Source: an uncultured cyanobacterium
GTDB lineage: Bacteria > Cyanobacteriota > Cyanobacteriia > Cyanobacteriales > CAWCAG01
Reading direction: 5' to 3'
Length of the DNA stretch: 64,000 nucleotides
NCBI GenBank assembly: GCA_963793425.1
Contig: CAWCAG010000005.1
Coordinates: forward strand, 1,824,001 to 1,888,000
The notes under the pieces are model-generated. The model was not told where the DNA came from, searched no databases, and was given only the letters and a program-made list of their open reading frames with translations. Position numbers and translations under genes: made by a program. Within the stretch, counting starts at the first letter, position 1; every line of letters starts with the position of its first letter. Shown in pieces: positions 10,501 through 19,709 of the stretch.

Positions 10501-11198
10501 AATTCTTCTAAAGCTTCTTGATCTGTTTCCTTTCCTTGTAAAAAGCGGCAGTTTTTACCGATAACTTCCTGGGCAGAATATCCTGTTATGCGTTCAAAGG
10601 CAGGATTAAGATAAACAATCGGTAGCTCTTTTTGAGTAGCATCGCTGATGACAATACCATTATTGCTAGCAGTAATAGCTCTTTCTAAAACCCGCAAGCG
10701 TTCTTCTTTTTGCTTACGTTCGGTAATTTCTCGCTCTAGTTCTTGGTGAGAATTGTATAATTCTGTGGTACGCTGTTGCACTCGCTCTTCTAATTTGAGG
10801 TTGATAGCTTCTAGTTGAGCCGGACTAGTTAAAGCAAGGGCTTGGGGAATTAAAGGAAATAACTCTAAAGCTGTATAACAAGAAATGAAAGCAGTAAGGG
10901 CTTTAAGAAAACCCGATAGCCAGTAAGCCGGATGCCAAAGAGTCCATACTTCCAAGATATGGGTTGTACCGCAGGCGATAATAAAAGCACCAAATAAGAA
11001 AAATATGCCTCGAAAAGGCACATCTTCCCGCTTGCGGACGAAGTAAATTAGCATAGCGGGAATGGAATAATAAGCTAGAGCGATTAAGCTATCGGAAATG
11101 ACGTGCAGCCAGACCAATTGAGTTTGCCAGAGATAGCAATTGCCATGAGGCATAAATCTCTCTGGCGAAAATAATTCTCTAATTATTTCCCACATCAT
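7527..11198 (-). CDS. Hybrid sensor histidine kinase: ETR1-like ethylene-binding TM domain, LOV, 2 PAS, HisKA/HATPase, 2 REC, HPt
   Basis: SDSLIALAYYSIP and FIIACGTTH; GKNCRFLQG; MSHEIRTPMNG; GGTGLGL; two receiver domains; AHQLKGAA. Confidence 0.92.
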   Translation of the reverse strand: MMWEIIRELFSPERFMPHGNCYLWQTQLVWLHVISDSLIALAYYSIPAMLIYFVRKREDVPFRGIFFLFGAFIIACGTTHILEVWTLWHPAYWLSGFLKALTAFISCYTALELFPLIPQALALTSPAQLEAINLKLEERVQQRTTELYNSHQELEREITERKQKEERLRVLERAITASNNGIVISDATQKELPIVYLNPAFERITGYSAQEVIGKNCRFLQGKETDQEALEELRGALREGKECNVVLRNYRKDGSLFWNDLYISPVKDELGNLTHYIGVQADITERKLAQEALQESEEKFRQLAENLEEVFWMVDAQTKETIYVSPKCDKIWGCGCNTKLTTSQSFQEFIHPEDKQRVQSAIKLHSVNGDYDQEFRILRPDGTTCWIHDRAFPVKNQAGEIYRIAGIAEDITTRKQYESVLEQERQQLREIITQAPVAMAMLDTQMRYIAYSNKLLQDYNLGDADLRGRSHYEVFPDLLESWKEDLQKVLKGESISYPEDIWQRADGSVLYLRSALHPWYTPDGSIGGVVIVSHQINELVEARETALEASRMKSQFLANMSHEIRTPMNGVLGMTDLLLETPLNAQQLNFVQTISESAKNLLLIINDILDLSKLEAGEMNIETLDFNLSNCVEEVVDLLSAEAQTKGLGVFTLIESDVSLELKGDGRRLRQILTNLVSNGIKFTEKGEVIIRVSPVIESRQHIKLRFEVKDTGIGISKSEQKKLFQAFSQIDTSTTRTHGGTGLGLVICQQLVELMGGEIGVQSASGQGTTFWFTVQFTKQTPQVNLKALREQHLDGLKLLVVDNNTTSYQVIQSCLESYNIQVEEVQSTQAAISILRKAALDSKPYDVALVDLQSPQINGETLGQLIRYDPVLKNVKWIVMVSIRQHKEVKNLLWQGASDYLLKPIRASQLLDCLTNTFYLKNKPTSPSPFTYRHKPPIHPPQNPHLKILLVEDTPTNRKVLLSQFEMLGYQADCAEDGQAALERLSEQNYDLVFMDCLMPILDGYKTTQAIREKEGISRHTTVIAITANAMKGEKEKCLEWGMDDYISKPITLEMLASVIDRWCPQISKKKTSPKLVLGEAHCSSPQLVSAYHNSGQKALQTATITQVRVAHETPFNLVRLEEISRGSKEFQQEMMQIFLEDAPIYLYQIKQSLEERDFENLAINAHQLKGAAAMVAIISMPELALQLETEARNQKLQKAPELIMGLEQVFEQVQIFVKTF

Positions 11199-11434
11199 AA
11201 TTGTTTCCCTTATCTACCATCGCCCAACAGTTTCTGAACACATTGAGGGCTTTTTTACATTATGGGCAAGACAGTGGTTGCGATCGCGTCTATGATCACG
11301 TATAACTTTTTGAAAGTAGAAATCTTTTCCTTATATTTAAGGATGCGATCGCAAACTATATTCACCCTCGCTATAATCGCATCCTGCTAAAGAATAATGG
11401 TATTGCAGCAATTAAGGGAGAAAAGGCAAATTCA

Positions 11435-11545
11435 TGCTATAATTATCTCATTAGATAAAATTCAATCTCAATTAGAAAAAAACTTTTGTTGGAGCGGGGC
11501 TGGGAGCTTTCTTAAAATAGGCATGGAAGGTAAACATCTAACCTG
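11435..11545 (+). repeat. About 110-bp dispersed repeat, copy 1 (copy 2 inverted at 22569-22681)
   Basis: Shared blocks TGCTATAAT.ATCTCAT.AGATAAAA, ATCTCAATT and AGCTTTCTT.AAATAGGCAT.GAAGGTAAACATCTAA.CTG. Confidence 0.75.
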
Positions 11546-11767
11546 CCAAATTTTTATTAAAGATTACTTGGCATTTATTTCCCAAGAGGCAGTCACACCT
11601 TGCCAATTCACCAGAGTTATCAGAGCTTTCAAACCCTGTATCTTGAAGAAAAGTTTTTTTCATTTTTAACTGTAAACTGCAAGCCCCAAAACTCCAGTAG
11701 CGTAGACTATCTACGATTTGTAGCGATCACTGAATTTAAAATATTTGAGATTAACCCAACATAATAC

Positions 11768-11803
11768 TTGACATTTTTGAGAAAAACTGTAACAATAAAT
11801 ACA
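11768..11803 (+). promoter_or_regulatory. Sigma70-type promoter overlapped by an NtcA box (repression geometry)
   Basis: TTGACA at 11768-11773, 17 bp spacer, TGn-AACAAT. GTA-acaataaa-TAC at 11789-11802 covers the -10. Confidence 0.75.
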
Positions 11804-11812
11804 GAAGCAAAA

Positions 11813-11882
11813 AACGTTCATCTCTCAAAGTTCTCTAACCCAGAGAGACGGAAGTAAGAAGTTAATTCTGAAGGAACGCGCC
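11813..11882 (+). ncRNA. Glutamine riboswitch (glnA RNA motif, type I)
   Basis: CGTTCATCTCT...AGAGACGGAAGTAAG...GAAGGAACGC has the conserved three-stem junction, and lies upstream of a DUF4278 gene. Confidence 0.88.
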
Positions 11883-11919
11883 TCAACTATCACTACAAGA
11901 ATCATCGGAGGCGAATACT

Positions 11920-12093
11920 ATGAAACTTTTCTATCGCGGCCACAGCTACGAAGCTTATCAAAACGCTGTTGAAGGTACTGTTTCTGAATACACTGGCAAA
12001 TATCGCGGCCAAGATTGCAAGTTCCGTGATGTCCACAGTAACCAGGTTCAGCAACGCAAGGGCAAAAGAACCTATCGTGGCGTTAGCTACTAA
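11920..12093 (+). CDS. DUF4278-family small protein (57 aa, absent from ORF track)
   Basis: GGAGG RBS; MKLFYRGHSY...GKYRGQ...RTYRGVSY*, with three YRG motifs. Confidence 0.9.
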   Translation: MKLFYRGHSYEAYQNAVEGTVSEYTGKYRGQDCKFRDVHSNQVQQRKGKRTYRGVSY

Positions 12094-12211
12094 GCTTTGA
12101 GCTAAGATTTCACTTTTCAACTTTATCATCTGCTCCTAAGTCAAATAATCTCAATTTGACTTCCTATTTTAAGTTAAATCCAACCTCTGGTTGATTAACA
12201 GTACAAAAAAG

Positions 12212-12240
12212 AAATACCTCCAGGCTGGGGGTATTTTTTT
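12212..12240 (+). terminator. Intrinsic terminator
   Basis: AAATACCTCCA-ggc-TGGGGGTATTTTTTT. Confidence 0.75.
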
Positions 12241-12308
12241 GTTGGCAAGTTTTGCTCAAGTGAAGCGATGGTTGAGGCCCTCTATCTATATATTATTCAT
12301 GATGATGT

Positions 12309-12488
12309 GCGATCGCACGTATTTTGGATGCGGTAGATTTCTTGCTAGTAGACAAAGAAGCTTTCACACCAGAGTACATAACGCAAGACCGTTGGCTTAG
12401 GGGCATTGAGCCAGTGGCTCAAGAGGCGGTGGCTAAACTCAATCAAGGGATGATACCAGCTATTTCAGAGTTTATGGAAAGCTGCTAG
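12309..12488 (+). pseudogene. Probable 3' gene fragment beginning at a HIP1 site
   Basis: Open frame AIARILDAVDFLLVDKEAFTPEYITQDRWLRGIEPVAQEAVAKLNQGMIPAISEFMESC*, protein-like but with no convincing start. Confidence 0.4.
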
Positions 12489-12491
12489 CCA

Positions 12492-13913
12492 TTAGCCATT
12501 AGCGAACTTTTTGTAGTTGTAGAAACCAAATCCCATAAAGAAAATTAGTAAAACTGTGGTTATGCCCAAGACACTGACTGCACCTAGTTGAACAATCAAA
12601 GCTGGGGCAGCGGCAGTGAATAATCCTCCGCCGACAATTGGTTCAAAAAAGAGTTGCTTGTAGGCAAAACTTTCAAAAGCCCCAGTACGATTATCGGGAT
12701 CTACCATGCGTAGTAATAAAATTCCTGTGGCTGTCACTCCCATGGATTGTCCTAAGTCTCCAATACCTCGTTCAAACCAATAATCTGTGAGGATGCGGGG
12801 GGCAAGGTAAAGGAAGGCGAAAACGTTCCAAGCAATACCCACAACTGAGAGTATGACAAATACTCCCAAATTTGCTCCTAATACTTGTAGAGAAATATTA
12901 GCGATCGCTGTGACCACAACTATATCAAGTGCTACCCCAGAAATACGTTCTTGTAAGGGGCGGATAATTAAAGGGGCTAATTCTAGACGCTCCATAACCA
13001 ACTGCACAATCACTCCCCCCACTAAAGCAATAGGAAACAAAGGGACAAACTTCAAAACCTGAAAACCAGTGTTTCCCCAAGTTAAAGTTTCAATTAATCT
13101 TAATCCTTCTAAAATCAACCAACCAATTGCGATCGCAATTCCCACAAAACCAAAGTTAAGGGAAAGGGGATCAATCAGAAGTCCCTGGGTTAATCTTTGT
13201 CTGGCTTCGCGAACTTGACGGGATTCGCTTTGTGCCATATGTTCCAAATCCTGGGGGGTTTCACTTTCTAAGTCTGCTGCTACATATCCTTTACGGCGGC
13301 CCCAGTTAGCCAAAAGAGTTCCGACGACAACTCCTGAAACAATGCCCACAGTAGCCAAACCTACAGCTAATTCTCCACCATCAGGAAAGCCCAACTCCTG
13401 AAAAGTTTCTTGCATACCTCCTGCTGTACCATGGCCCCCTTCAAAACCAATTTCAATTAAGGCCCCAGCCATAGGACTAACTTTGAAAATGGGAACCAGT
13501 ACTAAAAGGGTAGTCAGGAGTCCGACCACATATTGTCCCCAAGCCAGGGTTTGACCAAAAGCAACTTGAGGTGCAGCTTTGCGCCAAATCTCCCTCGGTT
13601 GAGGGATGGTTTCTCCTAAGAAGAGGGCGGCAAAAACGATGTTAATAAAAACCCCAGGAGATTCTGACCAAATAATCCGCATTGGCTCTGAGAAAATGCC
13701 ATTTTCAGCAAAAAAAGAATTCTCCCCCCCTAATGCTGTCACGATTGCCCCCAAAACCTGGGGTCCAAACAACAGGGCCAAAACCCCAGCAATAATTGAT
13801 TCGGGTAAATAAAGCCTTTGTAATAAACCAATGCGTTGCTTAATCCACCTACCAACAAGAATCAGCAATGCCACTATGACAAAAGCAAAGAGTACGTCTA
13901 AAAGTTTGAACAT
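12492..13913 (-). CDS. gltS: Sodium:glutamate symporter (GltS family)
   Basis: Multi-TM protein with GFEGGHGTAGG and GQSMGVTATG re-entrant motifs. Confidence 0.85.
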   Translation of the reverse strand: MFKLLDVLFAFVIVALLILVGRWIKQRIGLLQRLYLPESIIAGVLALLFGPQVLGAIVTALGGENSFFAENGIFSEPMRIIWSESPGVFINIVFAALFLGETIPQPREIWRKAAPQVAFGQTLAWGQYVVGLLTTLLVLVPIFKVSPMAGALIEIGFEGGHGTAGGMQETFQELGFPDGGELAVGLATVGIVSGVVVGTLLANWGRRKGYVAADLESETPQDLEHMAQSESRQVREARQRLTQGLLIDPLSLNFGFVGIAIAIGWLILEGLRLIETLTWGNTGFQVLKFVPLFPIALVGGVIVQLVMERLELAPLIIRPLQERISGVALDIVVVTAIANISLQVLGANLGVFVILSVVGIAWNVFAFLYLAPRILTDYWFERGIGDLGQSMGVTATGILLLRMVDPDNRTGAFESFAYKQLFFEPIVGGGLFTAAAPALIVQLGAVSVLGITTVLLIFFMGFGFYNYKKFANG

Positions 13914-14029
13914 TTACCAAGGAATTAGGGAGCAGCGTTGGACAGACACTATCCTATCTGAAAAAGGAGTAAGAAACACAGCTTATGGGGACAAAGAAGG
14001 GAGAATCTTGCAACCTAGATAAGGGAAAA

Positions 14030-15553
14030 TCATTTTCCATTGATAGTTTCTTGAGAAGAAAGAGCTTGCTGTAAATAGCTATACTCTTCTCTAAACTTTG
14101 TCCCTAAGTGCTGATAAACAGGCATAACTTTTCTATATATTTGGCTATTTTCCCGAATCACTTGGTGAGTATAACTTTCTTGGATTAGCGGAGTAAAACT
14201 ATCTAAAGAGGGGATATGTTGAAGAGCATACAAAGCTAAAATTATTGCTCCTAAACAAGAACTTTCTAGCTGTGTCGGTACGATAACTTCTTGTTCAAAA
14301 ACATCAGCGAGAATTTGTCTCCATAACTCAGAATTAGCAAATCCTCCTGTTGCTTTAATCACCTTGGTTTCGGAATTTAATGGTGCTAAGGATTGGAAAA
14401 TCGAGTACAAATTATAAACTACCCCTTCCAAAACAGCCCTAACTAAATGAGCTTTACCATGGCGCAAACTTAAACCAAAAAAGCTTCCCTTAGCGTTAGG
14501 ATTCCAAAGGGGCGCTCTTTCTCCAGTTAAATAGGGATGAAAAATTAATCCTTCAGCCCCAGGAGCTATTTTCTGAGCTAAAGCTGTTAGAGTTTCATAA
14601 TTTTCTTCAGTTTCCAAAAGCTGTTTCTTTAACCACTGCAAAGTATTTCCGCCACTATTGCTTGCCCCACCAATCACCCAATGTTTTGCTGTTAAAGGAT
14701 AACAAAATAGTCGAGAGGGAAAAGATAAACTAACTTTATTAATGCTAGTACGCACTGCTCCACTTGTTCCCACCGTAACCACAGTCACTCCTGGTTTGAG
14801 CGCCCCTAATCCTAAGTTAGATAAAACGCCATCACTAGAACCTACTATGGTAGAGATTTGGGTGGAAAGCCCCATGTAGCTACTATATTTTGGTTCCATC
14901 AAGTCAAGTATATGAGTGGTAGGTACTACTTGAGATAATTGTTTTTTACTAATGCCTAAAAAAGCCAAAATCTCTTCATCCCAAGCGAATTCTTTTAAAT
15001 TGAATAAACCTGTAGCAGCGGCCATAGAGTAATCAACTACATATTGATGAAATAGTTTAAATAAAACATATTCTTTAATAGAAATAAACTTCGTAGCCTG
15101 CTTAAAAATCTCAGGATACTTTTGCTTTAACCAAAAAATTTTCACCAAAGGAGACATCGGATGAAGAGGAAGCCCTGTTCTTTGGTAAAGGCTTTCTTCT
15201 GAGTGCCATTGCCTAATAGTTTCTACCACCTCAGCACTACGATTGTCAGCCCAAGTAATACTTTGGGTGAGGGGTTTTCCTTCCCCATCCACAGCAATTA
15301 AACTGTGCATCGCACTACTAAAAGAAAGAGCTATAATTTTTTTCGGATTAACTTTACTTTGGGCAACTACTTGGCGCACTATATTAATCGTAGCAGTAAA
15401 TATCTCCTCCGGGTCTTGCTCCGCAGCAGAGGAAACAGGAGAATAGAGAGGATAATCAAGGGCATACTTACTAACAATTTTACCTTGACTTGTAAAAAGA
15501 ACAGATTTAACGCTAGTTGTACCAATATCTATACCAATTAAATAATTATCCAT
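14030..15553 (-). CDS. gntK: Gluconokinase (FGGY carbohydrate kinase family)
   Basis: IGIDIGTTS, FSSAMHSLI, PYLTGERAP, ATGGFANS. Confidence 0.85.
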   Translation of the reverse strand: MDNYLIGIDIGTTSVKSVLFTSQGKIVSKYALDYPLYSPVSSAAEQDPEEIFTATINIVRQVVAQSKVNPKKIIALSFSSAMHSLIAVDGEGKPLTQSITWADNRSAEVVETIRQWHSEESLYQRTGLPLHPMSPLVKIFWLKQKYPEIFKQATKFISIKEYVLFKLFHQYVVDYSMAAATGLFNLKEFAWDEEILAFLGISKKQLSQVVPTTHILDLMEPKYSSYMGLSTQISTIVGSSDGVLSNLGLGALKPGVTVVTVGTSGAVRTSINKVSLSFPSRLFCYPLTAKHWVIGGASNSGGNTLQWLKKQLLETEENYETLTALAQKIAPGAEGLIFHPYLTGERAPLWNPNAKGSFFGLSLRHGKAHLVRAVLEGVVYNLYSIFQSLAPLNSETKVIKATGGFANSELWRQILADVFEQEVIVPTQLESSCLGAIILALYALQHIPSLDSFTPLIQESYTHQVIRENSQIYRKVMPVYQHLGTKFREEYSYLQQALSSQETINGK

Positions 15554-15582
15554 AGCAAAAGCAAAATACTATAAGTTTAAGT

Positions 15583-18429
15583 TTGATAAGAAGTAAAATG
15601 ATCAATGACAATAGTACTATCGACCTTGCTAGCCAAATTCTTACTCATCTCATAGAACTTGCTAAGATTACTCCTGATAGTAACAACTGGCAAAATATTG
15701 TTAAGACAGCTATCAACAAAACCAAAGAACTACAACAACAATTGCCAACTTTAGCAGAGAGTGAAGTCGAATGGCGATCGCTAGTGGAGAATAGCTCTGA
15801 TATTATTTGTATTGACAATCCTCAAACCAACATTGTCTACATCAATCCTGCGGTTGAAAAAGTTCTTGGTTACTCACCAGAATTTTTTATCTCCCGCTCA
15901 CCATTGCAATTCATTCATCCAGATGACTTAACTGCCGCTACCGAAGCTTGGCATAAACTTGCTTCTCAACCTCTTGGTACTAGTAGTGGTTGGCTTGAAT
16001 ACCGCTATCGCCACCAAAATGGTTCCTGGCGAGTATTACAAGCTTGTGGTAAAAATCTCCTCGACGATCCCCATGTTCAAGGTATAGTCTTCCATTGTCG
16101 AGACATTACAGACAGTAAGCTAGCCAAAGAAACTTTACAAATTACAAATGATCAGCTACAAGCTGTCTTAGATGCGGTTCCAGGGTTCGTTTCTTGGGTA
16201 AGTGCAGAAGGAAATTACTTGGGGGTCAATCGCTATCTTGCTGCTGCTTTCAACCTCTCTCCAGAAGAATTTATTGGTAAAGAGATTGGGTTTCGTAAAA
16301 GTAGCTCTCAGTTTTCTTGCTTGATGGCAGAATTTATGGGTAGTAGTAAGATGAGTGCTTCCCAAACAATCCAAGCTAAAATTGATGGCACAAACCGCCA
16401 TTACTTAATTGCCGCTCAAAAATATCAGCAAGGGAAAGCGGCTGTATCTGTAGGCATAAACATCACAGCCCGTAAAAAAGCAGAAGAAGAGCGTGATCGC
16501 CTCTTTGCTCAAATCGAACAACAAAATCAAAACCTAGAAGCCCAAGTACAAGAACGTACTACTGAGTTAGAAAAAGAATTGGCAGAACGCAAACGGGCAG
16601 AAATAGCCCTACGGGAAAGCGAACAGAAATTAGAACTATTCTTTTCTCAATCTCTAGATGGCTTTTCTTTTATGATGCTTGATGAGCCAGTACGTTGGGA
16701 TCATACCATTGATCAAGAAGCAGCTTTAGATTATATCTTCGAGCATATGCGCTTTACAAAAATCAATGATGCTATGCTCGCTCAATATGGCGCTAAACCA
16801 GAGCAACTGATTGGTTTAACTTTAAAAGAGTTACTAGGACATGATCTTGCCAAAAGTAGAGAAATTGTCAGATGCTGTTTTGAGGCAGGAAAATTGCAAG
16901 TAGAAGCCCAGGAGCGTAAGTTAGATGGTACTCCCATCTGGACAGAATCAAAAATAATTTGTATGTACGATCAAGAGGGGAGAATTACCGGAAACTTCTG
17001 CATACAAAGGGAAATAACTGATCGTAAACAAGCAGAAGTTGCCTTAAAACAAAGCGAAGAAAAATTCCGTCAGTTAGCAGAAAATACAGAAAGTGCTTTT
17101 TGGATTACAGAGCCATCAACAAGAAAAGTCATTTATGTTAGTCCTGCCTTTGAGAAAATCTGGGGGCGCGAACGTAGTTTTATATATAATTCTATTCAAA
17201 CTTGGCAAGCGGCTATTCACCCGGAAGATCGAGAACGTATAGTTACTCTAAATCCCCAACAAATGTACTCAGGGAGTGATGAACAGTATCGTATTGTTCG
17301 TCCTAATGGAGAAGTACGTTGGGTTCGCGATCGCGCCTTTCCTATTTATAATGAACAAGGTGAAGTATATCGTCTTGCTGGTATTGCTGAAGATATTACC
17401 GAAAGAAAACAAGCAGCAGAAGCCTTGAGTCGCAGCGAAGAGCGCTTCCGTAGTTTAGTGGAAACTAGTAGTGATTTTGTTTGGGAATTAGACGAAAATC
17501 GCATCTTTACTTATGCCAGTCCTCAAGTTTTTAGCATTTGGGGTTATCAGCCAGAAGAGTTATTAGGAAAAAGCCCCTTTGATTTAATGACCCATCAAGA
17601 AGCAGAGCGGGTAAAAGGTATATTTGAGGAGTATTTTAACGGCAGGAAGTCCTTTCAATCTATAGAAAATACCTGCGTACATCAAAAAGGCCACTCTGTG
17701 GTTATGGAAACTAGTGGTGTACCAATCTTTGACAGCGCCAATCGATTCCGAGGTTATCGGGGTATGGATAGGGATATTACTGAGCGCAAGTTAGCAGAAG
17801 ATAAGATCAAAGCTTCTTTACAAGAAAAAGAAACTTTACTTAAAGAGATTCATCACCGCGTCAAAAATAATCTGCAAATCATTTCTAGTTTATTACGCCT
17901 GCAATCCCGGCATATTGAAGATCAGCAAGCTATAGAGCTAGTCTCAGAAAGTCAAAACCGAGTCAGAAGTATGGCCTTGGTTCATGAACAACTTTATCAA
18001 TCCTCTAATTTGGCTGAAGTCGATTTACAAAAATATATCCAAACCCTAACTAGCAATCTGTTACGCTCCTACAGTATTAATTCTTGCCGAGTACATCTCA
18101 CCATTGATGTTGAACCCATTGCTTTAGGAGTAGATTTAGCTATTCCCTGTGGTTTAATTATCAACGAACTAATTTCCAATTGCTTGAAATATGCTTTCCC
18201 GGAGCATAGGAAAGGAGAAATTCGGGTTAGTCTTCATCGTAAGGGCAAAAAATCTTTTATTCTCACGATTAGGGACGATGGCATCGGTTTACCAGAAAAT
18301 TTAGACTTACATAGCACTGATACTTTGGGATTGCAGTTAGTACATCGATTAACCAAGCAGCTAGGAGGTATAGTGGAACTTAATTGTGACCAAGGTACAG
18401 AGTTTAAAATTATTGCTCAACTACCCTAG
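15583..18429 (+). CDS. Multi-PAS sensor histidine kinase (HisKA_2 type)
   Basis: About five PAS/PAC units, LLKEIHHRVKNNLQ, NELISN, DDGIG. True start may be 15598. Confidence 0.9.
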   Translation: MIRSKMINDNSTIDLASQILTHLIELAKITPDSNNWQNIVKTAINKTKELQQQLPTLAESEVEWRSLVENSSDIICIDNPQTNIVYINPAVEKVLGYSPEFFISRSPLQFIHPDDLTAATEAWHKLASQPLGTSSGWLEYRYRHQNGSWRVLQACGKNLLDDPHVQGIVFHCRDITDSKLAKETLQITNDQLQAVLDAVPGFVSWVSAEGNYLGVNRYLAAAFNLSPEEFIGKEIGFRKSSSQFSCLMAEFMGSSKMSASQTIQAKIDGTNRHYLIAAQKYQQGKAAVSVGINITARKKAEEERDRLFAQIEQQNQNLEAQVQERTTELEKELAERKRAEIALRESEQKLELFFSQSLDGFSFMMLDEPVRWDHTIDQEAALDYIFEHMRFTKINDAMLAQYGAKPEQLIGLTLKELLGHDLAKSREIVRCCFEAGKLQVEAQERKLDGTPIWTESKIICMYDQEGRITGNFCIQREITDRKQAEVALKQSEEKFRQLAENTESAFWITEPSTRKVIYVSPAFEKIWGRERSFIYNSIQTWQAAIHPEDRERIVTLNPQQMYSGSDEQYRIVRPNGEVRWVRDRAFPIYNEQGEVYRLAGIAEDITERKQAAEALSRSEERFRSLVETSSDFVWELDENRIFTYASPQVFSIWGYQPEELLGKSPFDLMTHQEAERVKGIFEEYFNGRKSFQSIENTCVHQKGHSVVMETSGVPIFDSANRFRGYRGMDRDITERKLAEDKIKASLQEKETLLKEIHHRVKNNLQIISSLLRLQSRHIEDQQAIELVSESQNRVRSMALVHEQLYQSSNLAEVDLQKYIQTLTSNLLRSYSINSCRVHLTIDVEPIALGVDLAIPCGLIINELISNCLKYAFPEHRKGEIRVSLHRKGKKSFILTIRDDGIGLPENLDLHSTDTLGLQLVHRLTKQLGGIVELNCDQGTEFKIIAQLP

Positions 18430-18520
18430 CCTTCCTACAGTAGCGGCTACAAATTATTGATGTAAATATAGATTTAGTTAGTAATAATTTTTCTCTAGGC
18501 TATTGCCTTATGATTAAACT

Positions 18521-19675
18521 ATGTCAGCTACCAAAATACTAGTAGTCGAAGATGAACAAATAGTCGCCTTCGATATCGAAACTACCCTTACAAGCTTAGG
18601 TTATAAAGTTCCTGCTGTATTTTCTTCAGGGGAAGATGCCCTTGCTCAAGTAGGAACCATTAAACCAGATTTAGTTTTGATGGATATTATTTTAGCTGGT
18701 AAAATGGATGGGGTAGAAGCTGCTGAAAAAATTAAAAAATACTTTGATATTCCTGTTGCTTATTTAACTGCCCATAATGATTTGGCAACCCTACAAAGAG
18801 CTAAATTAAGTGAGCCATTCGGTTATTTACTTAAACCATTTGAAGAAAGAGAGTTACATACAACGATTGAAATAGCTCTTGCCCGTCATCAAGCAGAAGT
18901 GAAAATCCGCCAAGCTTTAGCAAAAGAAAAAGAATTAAATCAACTAAAAACAAATTTCTTGTCCCTAACTTCCCACGAATTTCGTACTCCTTTAACAACG
19001 ATTCTTTCCGCCACGGAAATGCTGGAATTTTACTCTCAAGGGGAGATAAATGAAAAAAAGCGGAAAAACTTTCGTAGAATTCATAGTTCTATTGAACATA
19101 TGCGTCACCTCCTTGATGATGTTTTAGTAGTAGGAGATGCTGAAGCTGGGAGATTGGAGTTTCGACCCCATCCTTTGGATCTATTAGAATTATGTCAAGA
19201 AATAGTAGAAGATGTGAAAATGAATTCCTCTTTGCAATCAACTATAGTCTTCACATCTAAAGGAGAATGCCATGATACTTATATGGATAAGCATTTATTA
19301 AAGCATATTTTAACTAATTTACTGACCAATGCTCTTAAATATTCTCCTGAAGTTTCAATTGTGAAATTCGAGCTTTTTTGTGGGGAAAATCAGGCTGTTT
19401 TTTGCATCCAGGATCAGGGAATTGGTATTCCTTACCAAGAACAAAAAGCAATATTTGAATCCTTTTATCGTGGCACTAATGTTGGTAAAATCAAAGGAAC
19501 TGGATTAGGTCTAGCTATTGTTAAAAGCTGCATAGAATTACATCAAGGCAGTCTGAAAATTGAGAGTGAAGTTGGAGCCGGGACTAAATTTGTCGTGACT
19601 TTACCTTCCTTTATTGAGGGAATAGGAAGTGAGAAGCCAGCAGTTAGCAAGGTAGAGGAAGTAAGGAGCAAGTAA
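18521..19675 (+). CDS. Hybrid REC-histidine kinase
   Basis: ILVVEDE and LMDI receiver, SHEFRTPL, GTGLGL. Confidence 0.9.
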   Translation: MSATKILVVEDEQIVAFDIETTLTSLGYKVPAVFSSGEDALAQVGTIKPDLVLMDIILAGKMDGVEAAEKIKKYFDIPVAYLTAHNDLATLQRAKLSEPFGYLLKPFEERELHTTIEIALARHQAEVKIRQALAKEKELNQLKTNFLSLTSHEFRTPLTTILSATEMLEFYSQGEINEKKRKNFRRIHSSIEHMRHLLDDVLVVGDAEAGRLEFRPHPLDLLELCQEIVEDVKMNSSLQSTIVFTSKGECHDTYMDKHLLKHILTNLLTNALKYSPEVSIVKFELFCGENQAVFCIQDQGIGIPYQEQKAIFESFYRGTNVGKIKGTGLGLAIVKSCIELHQGSLKIESEVGAGTKFVVTLPSFIEGIGSEKPAVSKVEEVRSK

Positions 19676-19709
19676 ATCACTAATCCTTACTCAATTAGTA
19701 CCTACCCTG

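Noticed and set aside
11397..12400. ORFs 11397..11669, 11902..12129 (-) and 12191..12400
   Set aside because: They overlap a dispersed repeat, lie antisense to the DUF4278 gene, or span a terminator; no recognisable protein features.
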